This document shows, piece by piece, positions 53,041 through 64,000 of a stretch of DNA of 64,000 nucleotides. The DNA is from Tubiluchus corallicola (Eukaryota; Animalia; Priapulida). The stretch spans positions 54,327-118,326 of the forward strand of contig JAQGDQ010000654.1 of assembly GCA_030141605.1 (NCBI GenBank). The letters run 5' to 3'. The notes under the pieces were generated by a model. That model searched no databases. It was not told the DNA's origin and worked only from the letters and a program-made list of their open reading frames with translations. The stretch's first letter is position 1, and every line of letters starts with the position of its first letter. The position numbers were made by a program, and so were the translations under genes.

Positions 53041-54000
53041 TATTTTATTAAAATTGATCTGTTTTCAATTTACTTTTTTGCCAGCTTGGTGTCTTGAGCC
53101 TTGGTGTATTAATCCAGTACTGTGTCAGTATAGTTCAGAGAAATCACAAGATTAGTATCACTCAGCACTACAATGTTCTCCTACCCTGTACAATACATGT
53201 GTGAACATTTTAGCAGTGAATAATAGAACATGTTTTCAATTTCATAACAGATTCTAGACCATTAAAAAACTGGCGTCTAGCAACTTGCTCCCAGCAATTT
53301 AATAAGTTTCAAGGTTTCGTAGAACGCTGTTCACACGCGTGAAATCTTCGTGCACACCCTTGAAATAACGTCAGATAACAACATCAAGGTGATTTTTGGG
53401 TCACTCGCTTGAAAATAACTTCGTATGGAGGCATAATGGAGCCGATCATTATTTTAGTGAATTGATTTCGTGTGCACTGTTTTTTTTTGTATCATATAAT
53501 TATGTAAATAACATCTATGTGCATTTTTATAGCTGTGTGCTCTGCTTTAGCGTAATTTAAGTAATTTTTGGTCTTATGTTTTATTGGTATAACTTGAACG
53601 TAATTTAGGGCCTATGACTGTATAAGTTTATGTTGCTGGTCTACATAAAAGTGATAATTTTAATGTAATTATATAAGTGAAAGCGTCTTGCATCCCATTT
53701 AACTTTCAACATCGCATCCATTTAAAAAAGGCACAGAGAAAAAAGAAATAACCCTAACCCCAACTTTAACCCTAACCCTAACCCCTACTAACCCTAAAAT
53801 TAATGGTGACTTTTTCCCCAGCCAAAATTATGACTTCTTTGCATGACTTTGTCCTGTGACTTTGTTACCGGACGCCTCAATATCGCGTTGTAATAAACCA
53901 CACCAATAATTTGCTGCTTATGTTTTTCACTAGATTTATGAAAACCACGACTTACGATGGTTCTTTTTTCTTAGCAAATTTTTGCGTTCTTTTCACGCAG

Positions 54001-54148
54001 GGTTTCTTTCGACGATGTACACAGAAATCGACGCCTGATTTTCAGTGTATATTTGGAGATGGAAAGTGCGTAGTGCAGGGAGCCAGCCGAAACAAGTGCC
54101 AGTACTGCCGCTACAAGAAGTGCATAACTGCTGGAATGTCTAAAGGAG
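54001..54148 (+). CDS. Nuclear receptor coding exon 2: zinc finger 2
   Basis: TTTCACGCAG|GFFRRCTQKSTPDFQCIFGDGKCVVQGASRNKCQYCRYKKCITAGMSKG|GTAGG, phase 0-1. Confidence 0.95.
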
Positions 54149-54271
54149 GTAGGGAAATGGTACAATGTTTTCTGTAACGTCAGTGTGATGACGTACCTGG
54201 GTCTTACCAAAGATGGCAAAACGTAAGGTTGGGATCGTGGGAGAGCTAACGTTATACGTCGAAGGTCACCA

Positions 54272-54317
<46 letters not shown>

Positions 54318-54379
54318 ATTTTATATCTTTTATCTTTTTTAAAACGACAGTCAAGCTTCTAGAAATCACATTACAAGCG

Positions 54380-54468
54380 GCTGAAGGATCTTAACCATCT
54401 GCACGGATTAGTTCATAATGCATTTGGCGGATTCATTTTATCCTATCCCTTAAGATGAAAGGCTGAGG
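54380..54468 (-). mobile_element. Deu/Nin-domain SINE fragment
   Basis: Minus strand CTCAGCCTTTCATCTTAAGGGATAGGATAAAATGAAT resembles the Nin/Deu core. Confidence 0.45.
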
Positions 54469-55309
54469 AAGCTAAAATAACTACGCACGTATGTTAGCAG
54501 AGAACGCGCGCCGGGTTTTGCTACTGTCCGCAGTTGTTGCCATGGTTACCGGGCGAGCTGTCCGTGATAATGTCACGATGACCTAGCTTTGTAACACAAC
54601 ACTAACGAGATCGTACTGCTTGGCGAATGTCAGAATGCCCTCAACAACGAGCAAACCTAGGTCGCCATGACTTATGCAAACGCAATAGCTAGGTCATTGC
54701 GTCCTGTGGTGTAGGTTAGCGTGTTCCATTTGCCGATCAATCGTCGTGTAGTGCTATTATTACATTTCACTCGAGTGTGGGTACTGTACGTGTACCAGGC
54801 AGCCTGGTACTGTACATGCAAGATAAGATATTAAATTATTAATCAATTTGCTGTATCTGTGTACAGATCCGTATGCCGTACGGAATGTTAAAAAACCCCT
54901 CATACGGTATTACGTTGTATTTGGGGTTGTCAAATATCCTAATAAAATATTTCTAAAATTGGCAGGAATTTGTGATACCGGAAATCTTTTCTAACTGTGT
55001 TAACAAACTTAACATCCGCCCTAATCTAACTTCGTATAATCGGAAATGTACTTACGAGGAAGCAGGCTACAGTTTTATATCCAGCTTTTGTAGTATACTT
55101 AAACCTGAACCCCCCGGTGTGGCCGTTATCTTAAAGAAATCCAAAGTCGATGCTTTCAGAAATAGTTTGTCACTGTGAAAATTACTCGCTTTGGAGCTGT
55201 ATTCATACTTTCCTCGTTTAATATCTCCGAAGCAAGTCAAAACATATCTCTGTAGCTCTTGGTTTGTATTTACGTTTGAAATTTTTTGAGGTATCGTCTG
55301 TATTGACCG

Positions 55310-56125
55310 GTGCGCGGTGAAAATGCACGGGAAAAATGCACAAATCGAAAAGTAGGTAAAATGTCGCACAGAACAAAATGGCGCAAACGAGAAAGTAGGA
55401 AAAAATGACACATAATTATGTTATTTTGATGCAATTGATTTCTATAATGGAACTAGAACGTTCTCAGTAGGAAGCAGCTCTCTACCAAAGCTGAATAGTC
55501 CTAGATTTATTCGTCTGATTCTTATTAAAAAATATTTTGTTCATTAAAAAGAATTATAATCAATAATGCACGAATATTCCACATAGTGTTTATCTACTTT
55601 TCTTAACCATTCATTTTGGCGATGGTAATAGACTGACATATATACGTATTTACATATCAAGTCAGCTTATAAGGCAATGCGCATTAATGAGCAAAGGTTA
55701 AAGATGGCATTACACAGTTTGACAAGCAAGAATTTCTTGAAATGGAACCTGGAACTAACTCGTACTTGTTTGTCCTGGCGGAGATAATAAAAATAAGTAC
55801 CAAACACTCCCTCTGAGACTTCCATGAAGTGCTTCAAGAATGTTTTTGTGCATATGGTGTTCGGTTAAGTGTTGCGAAAAACACGCCTTTTTTAACACCC
55901 TTTACCGCATGGAAATCTGTCAGGTAGTTTTTGCGTAATTGGCTTATTGCTATAACAGGCAAACAAACAAACAAGCACACTGTGTTGAAGCGTAACTTCC
56001 TTGGCAGAGGTAAAAATAACTAAAAGAATTATCCTCCACAGCAACACTAACCCTAAACTAATATTTTACTATGTGTGCCTTTTCTCCTGTGCCATGTTTT
56101 ACCTGTGCCATTTTTACATACATCC
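55310..56125 (+). mobile_element. Second copy of the MITE+HINE composite
   Basis: Colinear with 36615-37850 including junctions; minus strand TTACCTCTGCCAAGGAAGTTA...GTTTGTTTGTTTG...ATTACGCAAAAACTAC is typical of non-autonomous Helentrons. Confidence 0.7.
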
Positions 56126-56236
56126 GAATGAACCTTGTCGTAGCCTGTGTTAAAAATAATTCTTTATTCTATACGAAGGTAAAGTTGTAAAAAAGGTAAA
56201 GGTTGTAAGGTAAAAAAAGTCACAGAAAAAAGTCAA

Positions 56237-57300
56237 AGGAGAAAAAGAAATAACCCTAACCCTATCCACAGGAGAAAAAGAAATAACCCTAACCCTAGCC
56301 ACAGGAGAGAAAGAAATAACCCTAACCCTAGTCACAGGAAGAAAAGAAATAACCCTAACCCTAGCCACAGGAGAAAAAACCCTAATCGTAGCCACAGGAG
56401 AAAAAGAAATAACCCTAACCCTAGCCACAGGAGGAAAAGAAATAACCCTAACCCTAGCCATAGGAGAAAAAAATAACCCTAACCCTAGCCGCAGGAGAAA
56501 AAGAAATAATCCTAATCCTAGCCACAGGAGAAAAAGAAATAACCTTAACCCTAGCCACAGGAGAAAAAGAAATAACCCTAACCCTATCCACAGGAGAAAA
56601 AGAAATAACCCTAACCCTATCCACAGGAGAAAAAGAAATAACCCTAACCCTAACCATAGGAGAAAAAGAATTAACCTAACCCTAGCCACAGAAGAAAAAT
56701 AAATAACCCTAACCCTAGCCACAGGAGGAAAAGAAATAACCCTAGTCCTAGCCACAGGAGGAAAAGAAATAACCCTAACCCTAGCCACAGGAGAGAAAGA
56801 AATAACCCTAACCCTAGCCACAGGAGGAAAAGAAATAACCCTAACCCTAGCCACAGGAGAAAAAGAAATAATCCTAACCCTAGCCACAGGAGAAAAAACC
56901 CTAATCGTAGCCACAGGAGAAAAAGAAATAACCCTAACCCTAGCCACAGGAGGAAAAGAAATAACCCTAACCCTAGCCACAGGAGAAAAAGAAATAACCC
57001 TAACCCTAGCCACAGGAGAAAAAACCCTAATCGTAGCCACAGGAGAAAAAGAAATAACCCTAACCCTAGCCACAGGAGGAAAAGAAATAACCCTAACCCT
57101 AGCCGCAGGAGAAAAAGAATAACCCTAACCCTAGCCACAGGAGAAAAAAAATAACCCTAACCCTAGCCACAGGAGAAAAAGAAATAATCCTAATCCTAGC
57201 CACAGGAGAAAAAGAAATAACCTTAACCCTAGCCACAGGAGGAAAAGAAATAACCCTAGCCGTAGCCACAGGAGAAAAAGAAATAATCCTAATCCTAGCC
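56237..57300. repeat. 33-bp minisatellite (~33 copies) with (TAACCC)2, inside a GTCACAG-type MITE
   Basis: Unit AGGAGAAAAAGAAATAACCCTAACCCTAGCCAC; flanks AAAAGTCACAG and TGTGACTTTTT. Confidence 0.95.
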
Positions 57301-57402
57301 AAAATTAATTGTGACTTTTTTCCTGTGAGTTTATTACCGCCACCGTAGGCCAGGACATTATGTACAAGCCGTAGTTTAATCTCAACCTTTTTTAATTTTC
57401 AG

Positions 57403-57659
57403 CGATCAAGATTGGACGTTACACAAAAGAGTTGAAAATCAAAAATATGGAAATAGCTCAGCAGGCTATAGATGTTGAGCCGTTGCCATCCATTGTTCTT
57501 TCGAACACGCCAATTTCGCGGCTAAGCCCTCCTCCAGAGTACCAAACTGATGACAGTATTGGCAACCTTGCCAGAAATTTATACATGTTACACAAGCAAA
57601 CCAATGAATACACAGAAGATAAGATGTCCGACTTGCTTAGGTGTCAGATGGAATACATT
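57403..57659 (+). CDS. Nuclear receptor coding exon 3: T-box, hinge, start of LBD
   Basis: TAATTTTCAG|(A)IKIGRYTKELKIKNMEI...QMEYI|GTAAGT, phase 1-0. Confidence 0.9.
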
Positions 57660-57744
57660 GTAAGTATCAAGTAGTTTTCTTTGAAATTTGTCACTTGTAT
57701 TTTTTTCTAATGCAACAAGTTTGTCTGACATGTTGATTCAAATA

Positions 57745-59601
57745 TGCTGAAAGTGTCCACATCTCTCATGTTTGTTGGTTCAGTTGTGCTGCAAGTGTCC
57801 ACATCTCTCATGTTTGTTGGTTCAGTTGTGCTGCAAGTGTCCACATCTCTCATGTTTGTTGGTTCAAGTGTGCTGCAAGTGTCCACATCTCTCATGTCTG
57901 TTGGTTCAGTTGTGCTGCAAGTGTCCACATCTCTCATGTTTGTTGGTTCAGTTGTGCTGCAAGTGTCCACATCTCTCATGTTTGTTGGTTCAAGTGTGCT
58001 GCAAGTGTCCACATCTCTCATGTTTGTTGGTTCAGTTGTGCTGCAAGTGTCCACATTTCTCATGTTTGTTGGTTCAGTTGTGCTGCAAGTGTCCACACCT
58101 CTCATGTTTGTTGGTTCAAATGTGCTGCAAGTGTCCACATTTCTCATGTTTGTTGGTTCAGTTGTGCTGCAAGTGTCCACATCTCTCATGTTTGTTGGTT
58201 CAAGTGTGCTGCAAGTGTCCACATCTCTCATGTTTGTTGGTTCAGTTGTGCTGCAAAAGTCCACATCTCATGTTTGTTGGTTCAGTTGTGCTGCAAGTGT
58301 CCACATCTCTCATGTTTGTTGGTTCAAATGTGCTGCGTCAACACCTCTCATGTTTGTTGGTTAAGTTGTGCTGCAAGTGTCCACATCTCTCATGTTTGTT
58401 GGTTCAAGTGTGCTGCAAGTGTCCACATCTCTCATGTTTGTTGGTTCAGTTGTGCTGCAAGTGTCCACATCTCTCATGTTTGTTGGTTCAGTTGTGCTGC
58501 AAGTGTCCACATCTCTCATGTTTGTTGGTTCAAGTGTGCTGCAAGTGTCCACATCTCTCATGTTTGTTGGTTCAGTTGTGCTGCAAGTGTCCACATCTCT
58601 CATGTTTGTTGGTTCAGTTGTGCTGCAAGTGTCTCATGTTTGTTGGTTCAGTTGTGCTGCAAGTGTCCACATCTTTCATGTCTGTTGGTTCAAATGTGCT
58701 GCAAGTGTCCACATCTCTCATGTTTGTTGGTTCAGTTGTGCTGCAAGTGTCCACATCTCTCATGTTTGTTGGTTAAGTTGTGCTGCAAGTGTCCACATCT
58801 CTCATGTTTGTTGGTTCAGTTGTGCTGCAAGTGTCCACATGTCTCATGTTTGTTGGTTCAAATGTGCTGCAAGTGTCCACATCTCTCATGTTTGTTGGTT
58901 CAGTTGTGCTGCAAGTGTCCACATCTCTCATGTTTGTTGGTTCAGTTGTGCTGCAAGTGTCCACATCTTTCATGTCTGTTGGTTCAAATGTGCTGCAAGT
59001 GTCCACATCTCTCATGTTTGTTGGTTCAGTTGTGCTGCAAGTGTCCACATCTCTCATGTTTGTTGGTTCAGTTGTGCTGCAAGTGTCCACATCTCTCATG
59101 TTTGTTGGTTCAGTTGTGCTGCAAGTGTCCACATCTCTTATGTCTGTTGGTTAAGTTGTGCTGCAACTGTCCACATCTCTCATGTTTGTTGGTTCAGTTG
59201 TGCTGCAAGTGTCCACATCTCTCATGTTTGTTGGTTCAGTTGTGCTGCAAGTGTCCACATCTCTCATGTTTGTTGGTTCAGTTGTGCTGCAAGTGTCCAC
59301 ATCTTTCATGTCTGTTGGTTCAAATGTGCTGCAAGTGTCCACATCTCTCATGTTTGTTGGTTCAGTTGTGCTGCAAGTGTCCACATCTCTCATGTTTGTT
59401 GGTTCAGTTGTGCTGCAAGTGTCCACATCTCTCATGTTTGTTGGTTCAGTTGTGCTGCAAGTGTCCACATGTCTCATGTTTGTTGGTTCAAATGTGCTGC
59501 AAGTGTCCACATCTCTCATGTTTGTTGGTTCAGTTGTGCTGCAAGTGTCCACATCTCTCATGTTTGTTGGTTCAAATGTGCTGCAAGTGTCCACATCTCT
59601 C
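57745..59601. repeat. 42-bp minisatellite (~44 copies), intronic
   Basis: Unit GTGCTGCAAGTGTCCACATCTCTCATGTTTGTTGGTTCAGTT. Confidence 0.95.
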
Positions 59602-60046
59602 AGGCACTTACATAAGGCTTCTTTTTTCAGTTAGTTCTAACTTAATATTGCTTCAAATTTTTGAAAATTCATGATGGGGAAAAACGAATTCTTAACCCAC
59701 TTAAGCAAAGACATGGCTTTTATTCAGACACAACATCTGTAATGTTTTGACACAGTTAAGGTCATGTTCCACGCAATAATCCACCTAAACGAATTGTGCT
59801 GGAGTAACAACATAACTTTATTTTTTCAGTATTTTTTGGGTTTGCATCACACGATTACGATTTACTATTTTGTAATTTTATACATGTATTCTTATTTAGG
59901 TGGATCGTTGTATGAACGTGACCGTAACGGGTCGAAAGATTGCTAATGTTGTGTCTGAATAAAGACCATGTCTTTGGTTAAATGAGTGCTGGATGTACGT
60001 TTTAATTTAAAAAGTCTTTATAGATGACTTATTTGTTATATTTTAG

Positions 60047-60431
60047 GAAACGCGCAACCACAGTGCAGATGACGTGAGTCGTGGCAAGAATGTGGCTGAT
60101 CGTATCGCACAGACTATTTTAAAGCCTGGCATTCACAAGGTGATGCAGTTTGCCAAGGGCATACCAGAATTCCTGCAGCTTTCCGACGAGGACCAAGTGT
60201 CGCTGTTGAAACCAGCGATTGTGGAAATGTGGTTTATCTGTGTGGCACGAACAATGAGCACTGAACATTGCTGCTATGCACCGTCAGACGGGCCAGGCAT
60301 AGACAGCCTCTCGTTTGCCGACACTAGGACAGTTATAGACTATCAAATGAAAGTTGCTGCGAAAGTAAAGGCCCTGAATCTTAGCGAGGAAGAACTGAGC
60401 GTTGTCAGAGCAATTATACTCTTTTCTCCAG
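60047..60431 (+). CDS. Nuclear receptor coding exon 4: LBD helices 3-8
   Basis: TATTTTAG|ETRNH...VMQFAKGIPEFLQLSDEDQVSLLK...AIILFSP|GTAAG; LBD signature FAK.IP.F..L...DQ..LLK. Confidence 0.95.
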
Positions 60432-60659
60432 GTAAGCAAGTATGAATGGTTTTCGTTTGTGTAGTCGTTAATAATGGGCTTCCCAGATTTGTGTAGTCAT
60501 TGAAAATGGGCTTCTCAGATTTGTGTAGTCGTTAAAAAATTGGCTTCCCAGATTTGTGTAGTCGTTAAAAATGGAATTGGATGCAAGTTGGACCCGCAAG
60601 TAAATAAAGTTAATTTGTTTAAAAATAGCAGGAAATGTGAATCATTATCGGTTTCGTAT

Positions 60660-61830
60660 ATATTAATTACAGCTCCAACGACAGCACCATTTTTGGCGAT
60701 CTATATGTCAAACAAAAGGTCTCGATCTAGTGTGGTCTCATATAGGTTTTGCAAAACTTATACCTCTTATTTCTAGGGAACGGGAACATGCCGGGCTGTG
60801 CTAACTATGGACAGATAACCCGTTCGACGGTGGGTGTAGTAGGCGTATTTAGAATTCACGTGAGGGCCAAGGACATTTTCCCGGACTCACTGACGCAAAT
60901 TTTGCAAAAAACTTCTCAAACAGCCTTTAGAAAAACTCAATTTGTGCAACTGTTTGGGCACACTGGGAAAAAATAAGCACACTCATGGAAAGAGGACAAA
61001 ACGGTCCATAAAATGTTGAAGGTTTCATTAGGAGAGGGGTCCACAAGATGAAATGGGAAGAGTGTATTTCAAGGTTCTTTTCCAACCTTCCCCCCAGTAC
61101 TGCACACTATTTGGAACATCCATTGTCTTTCAGTTTGATAAATTTCGCAGCTCTTCCAGGCATTGTCTTCACCCGTCATTCTACAGTGTTATAGATTATA
61201 CGTGTAAGTAATCCTATTATAATTTGAGAAGCAGTTAACAAAACTATGTGGAATGCATTCGCGAACATTGTTAAAAGCCTAACCTCTTAGAAGGCTTGGC
61301 CTTTCCTTTAAACCAAACTTCCTTTACGAAAAGGTAAGCGTATCAGCGTGATTGATGTTAGGCCTGAAATATGTAGCCATGGTTGGAACATTTGTAGTGA
61401 TATTCAAAACAATAGCTGCTATCAGCACTGGATTATCCGTTAAGCAAAATAAACACATGCTTAGGGCCTCCGGGAATGAGGGAACCCATACATCTTTTTT
61501 TTAGAATCGAATAATTACCGAAAGTAAAATATACCAGAATAAGTGAGGCGGATTCTGTGTTTCTTCACAATATGACGGTACGGATGGGCATCCACATTCT
61601 GGCTACTGATGAGCCCTGAACTGCTCACTGCCCAGATGATGACATTGTTTGATTGTATAATATGTCATAATATATTTCAAGTGTGCAATCCTTATAATAA
61701 ATGTGCTGAAAACTGGGCAGGATAATGTTGCTTTTCAGCTTTGACTGTATGTATTTTATCACATGATGATGATGATGACTACTGCAAATAAATCTTACTG
61801 CAAGTTTTTTTTCATTTCGAAAGATAAAAT
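60660..61830. repeat. Left arm of the inverted repeat enclosing the terminal exon
   Basis: Reverse complement of 62933-64000 (60749 pairs with 64000; 61830 pairs with 62933). Confidence 0.95.
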
Positions 61831-62059
61831 TTCATTCTACAGTTTAGTATTGTTTTTGTTGGAGGTACCATAATTTTTTCAGTGCTTAGAGCTTCTTGAG
61901 GTCTTAGTCTGGCCATGGGTGCAAGTGGGCAGAATAATATTAGAAATTTCCTTAAAAAGCTCCATTGGATTTAATTGTTTGTTGATGTAATCAGTTTATT
62001 GATGTAATCAGTTATTGACGTAATCAATCATTTAACTTTGGAACTTAATTATTTTATAG

Positions 62060-62445
62060 ATCGGCAAGGTCTGAAACAGCAAAACAGGGTCTCGTTTTTT
62101 CACAATCGCCTCGTCGAATGTCTAAAGTGGTGTCTTGCGAACAATCCGTCGAGAAGTTTACCCAACATCGGCACAACATTGACAGCAATAGATGAAGTGC
62201 GCGGACTGTTGCTGCAATATGGTGATCTCATCCTCGGAATGAAAGTGACGAAGCAAGACGGCAACGACCTTGAAGACAGACGCATGAGGACGAGACATCA
62301 TTCTGCAGATCAGCCGGAGCGTACCAAAGTGCGACGGATGTCGGACGAGTCCGTCGTTAACGGCTACGGATGCGAATCGCAGGTGTATCCGATGGACTTG
62401 AGGCACCGGCATCCGTCTAACAACAGCAGAGTTGCCGCAGTCTAG
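62060..62445 (+). CDS. Nuclear receptor coding exon 5: helices 9-11 and C-terminal tail
   Basis: TTTTATAG|(D)RQGLKQQNRV completes the NR1 FSPDR.GL motif; stop TAG 62443-62445; total CDS 1410 nt. Confidence 0.93.
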
Positions 62446-62932
62446 GCGCGTAAACCGCCTGGCTTCACATTGACTGAACAAAAGAGCAGCACATGCAGAT
62501 CAGGTTTTGTTTTACTTGGTGACAGAGTTTAATGTTGTTAGTAGTATAGCAACTAGAAAAGCGGTAGCGGTAGCTCTTACCATATCTCACTAGATTCCAG
62601 GATGAATGTAAACGTGTAAGGGTTTAGTGGCGTACTGTAATAATGGAAACAAAAGGACTATATGGACGAAAATGCAAAGTACAACAGCATTTGTGTGTGT
62701 CATGTTGATGAAAAGGAAAAGTACAATGATAAATACGCGAAGGCTAGATACTGAAGTTGCTATCTATCTGATTTTGTTTGGGGTAGACAGGTAATGTACA
62801 TGCAAACGACAGTTTTCATAGTTTCGTATTATTCTTGTGTAAGTATACTGACTGAATTTTACTGGACTAGCTGGCTCCTCACCAAACACTACCTCTATTT
62901 CCGTTACCTCCTCGACTATAACTATAGAAGCC

Positions 62933-64000
62933 ATTTTATCTTTCGAAATGAAAAAAAACTTGCAGTAAGATTTGTTTGCAGTAGTCATCATCATCATCAT
63001 GTGATAAAATACATACAATGAAAAGCAACATTATCCTGTTTCCAGTATCAACACATTCTTATAAGCATTACCACACTTGAAATATATTATGACATATTAT
63101 ACAATCAAACAATGTCATCATCTGGGCAGTGAGCAGTTCAGGGCTCCAATAGTAGCCAGAATGTGGATGCCCATCCGTACCGTCATATTGTGAAGAAACA
63201 CAGAATCCGCCTCACTTATTCCGGTATATTTTACTTTCGGTAATTATTCGATTCTAAAAAAAAAGGTTCCCTCATCTCGAGGCCCTAAGCATGTGGTTAT
63301 TTTGCTTAACGGATAATCCAGTGCTGATAGCAGCTATTGTTTTGAATATCACCACAAATGTTCCAACCATGGCTACATATTTCAGGCCTAACATCAATCA
63401 CGCTGATACGCTTACCTTTTCGTAAAGGAAGTTTGGTTTAAGGAAAGGCCAAGCCTTCTAAGAGGTTAGGCTTTTAACAATGTTCGCGAATGCATTCCAC
63501 ATAGTTTTGTTAACTGCTTCTCAAATTATAATAGGATTACTTACACGTATAATCTATAACACTGTAGAATGGCGGGTGAAGACAATGCCTGGAACAGCCG
63601 CAAAATCTCAAACTCAAAGACAATGGATGTTCCAAATAGTGTGCAGCACAGGGGGGTGGAAAAAGAACTTTGAAATACACCCTTCCCGTTTCGTCTTGTG
63701 AACATCTCTCCCAACGAAACCTTCAACATTTTGTAGACCGTTTTGTCCTCTTTCTGCGAGTGTGCTTATTTTTTCCCAACATGCCCAAACAGTTGCACAA
63801 ATTGAGTTTTTCTAGAGGCTGTTTGAGCAGTTTTCTGCAAAATTTGCGTCATTGAGTCCGGGAAAACACCCGTCACCTTGGCCCTAACCCGAATTCTAAA
63901 TACGACTACTACACCCACCACCGAACGGGCTATTCAATAATTACCAACATCACCCAAAGCCCTTCCCGATCCCTAGAAATAAGAGGTATAAGTTTTGCAA
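62933..64000. repeat. Right arm of the inverted repeat (runs off the window)
   Basis: Near-identical to the left arm centrally, more diverged distally. Confidence 0.95.

Noticed and set aside
57707-59674. Cys-rich (metallothionein-like) or mucin-like repeat proteins up to 466 aa
   Set aside because: Translations of a 42-bp intronic minisatellite, open in many frames and broken by indel units

Overview
AT-rich, repeat-dense eukaryotic (invertebrate metazoan, plausibly lophotrochozoan) genomic DNA, not prokaryotic. Most long ORFs in the track are translations of tandem repeats. Genes that can be reconstructed: (1) a five-coding-exon NR1-type nuclear receptor on + (47927-62445, 469 aa) with a GC-AG first intron, a C-X6-C D-box, a Rev-erb/E75-like helix-11 end, no evident AF-2 helix 12 and a C-terminal PMDLR CtBP-type motif; its last exon is enclosed by a ~1.1 kb inverted repeat; (2) a hidden three-exon orphan gene on + (14291-21100, 151 aa) behind a TATA/DR1/E-box promoter; (3) an isolated HMG-box (SSRP1/HMG-D-like) exon on -; (4) a two-TM ORF at the left edge. 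The rest is MITEs (Kolobok/T2-like, piggyBac, hAT, pogo, Harbinger, Helentron-type), SINEs, LINE fragments, a solo LTR with a 5-bp TSD inside a satellite, and more than a dozen minisatellites. Three different segments of one MITE family have each been amplified into 43-bp tandem arrays. All calls are by eye; coordinates of degraded repeats are approximate.
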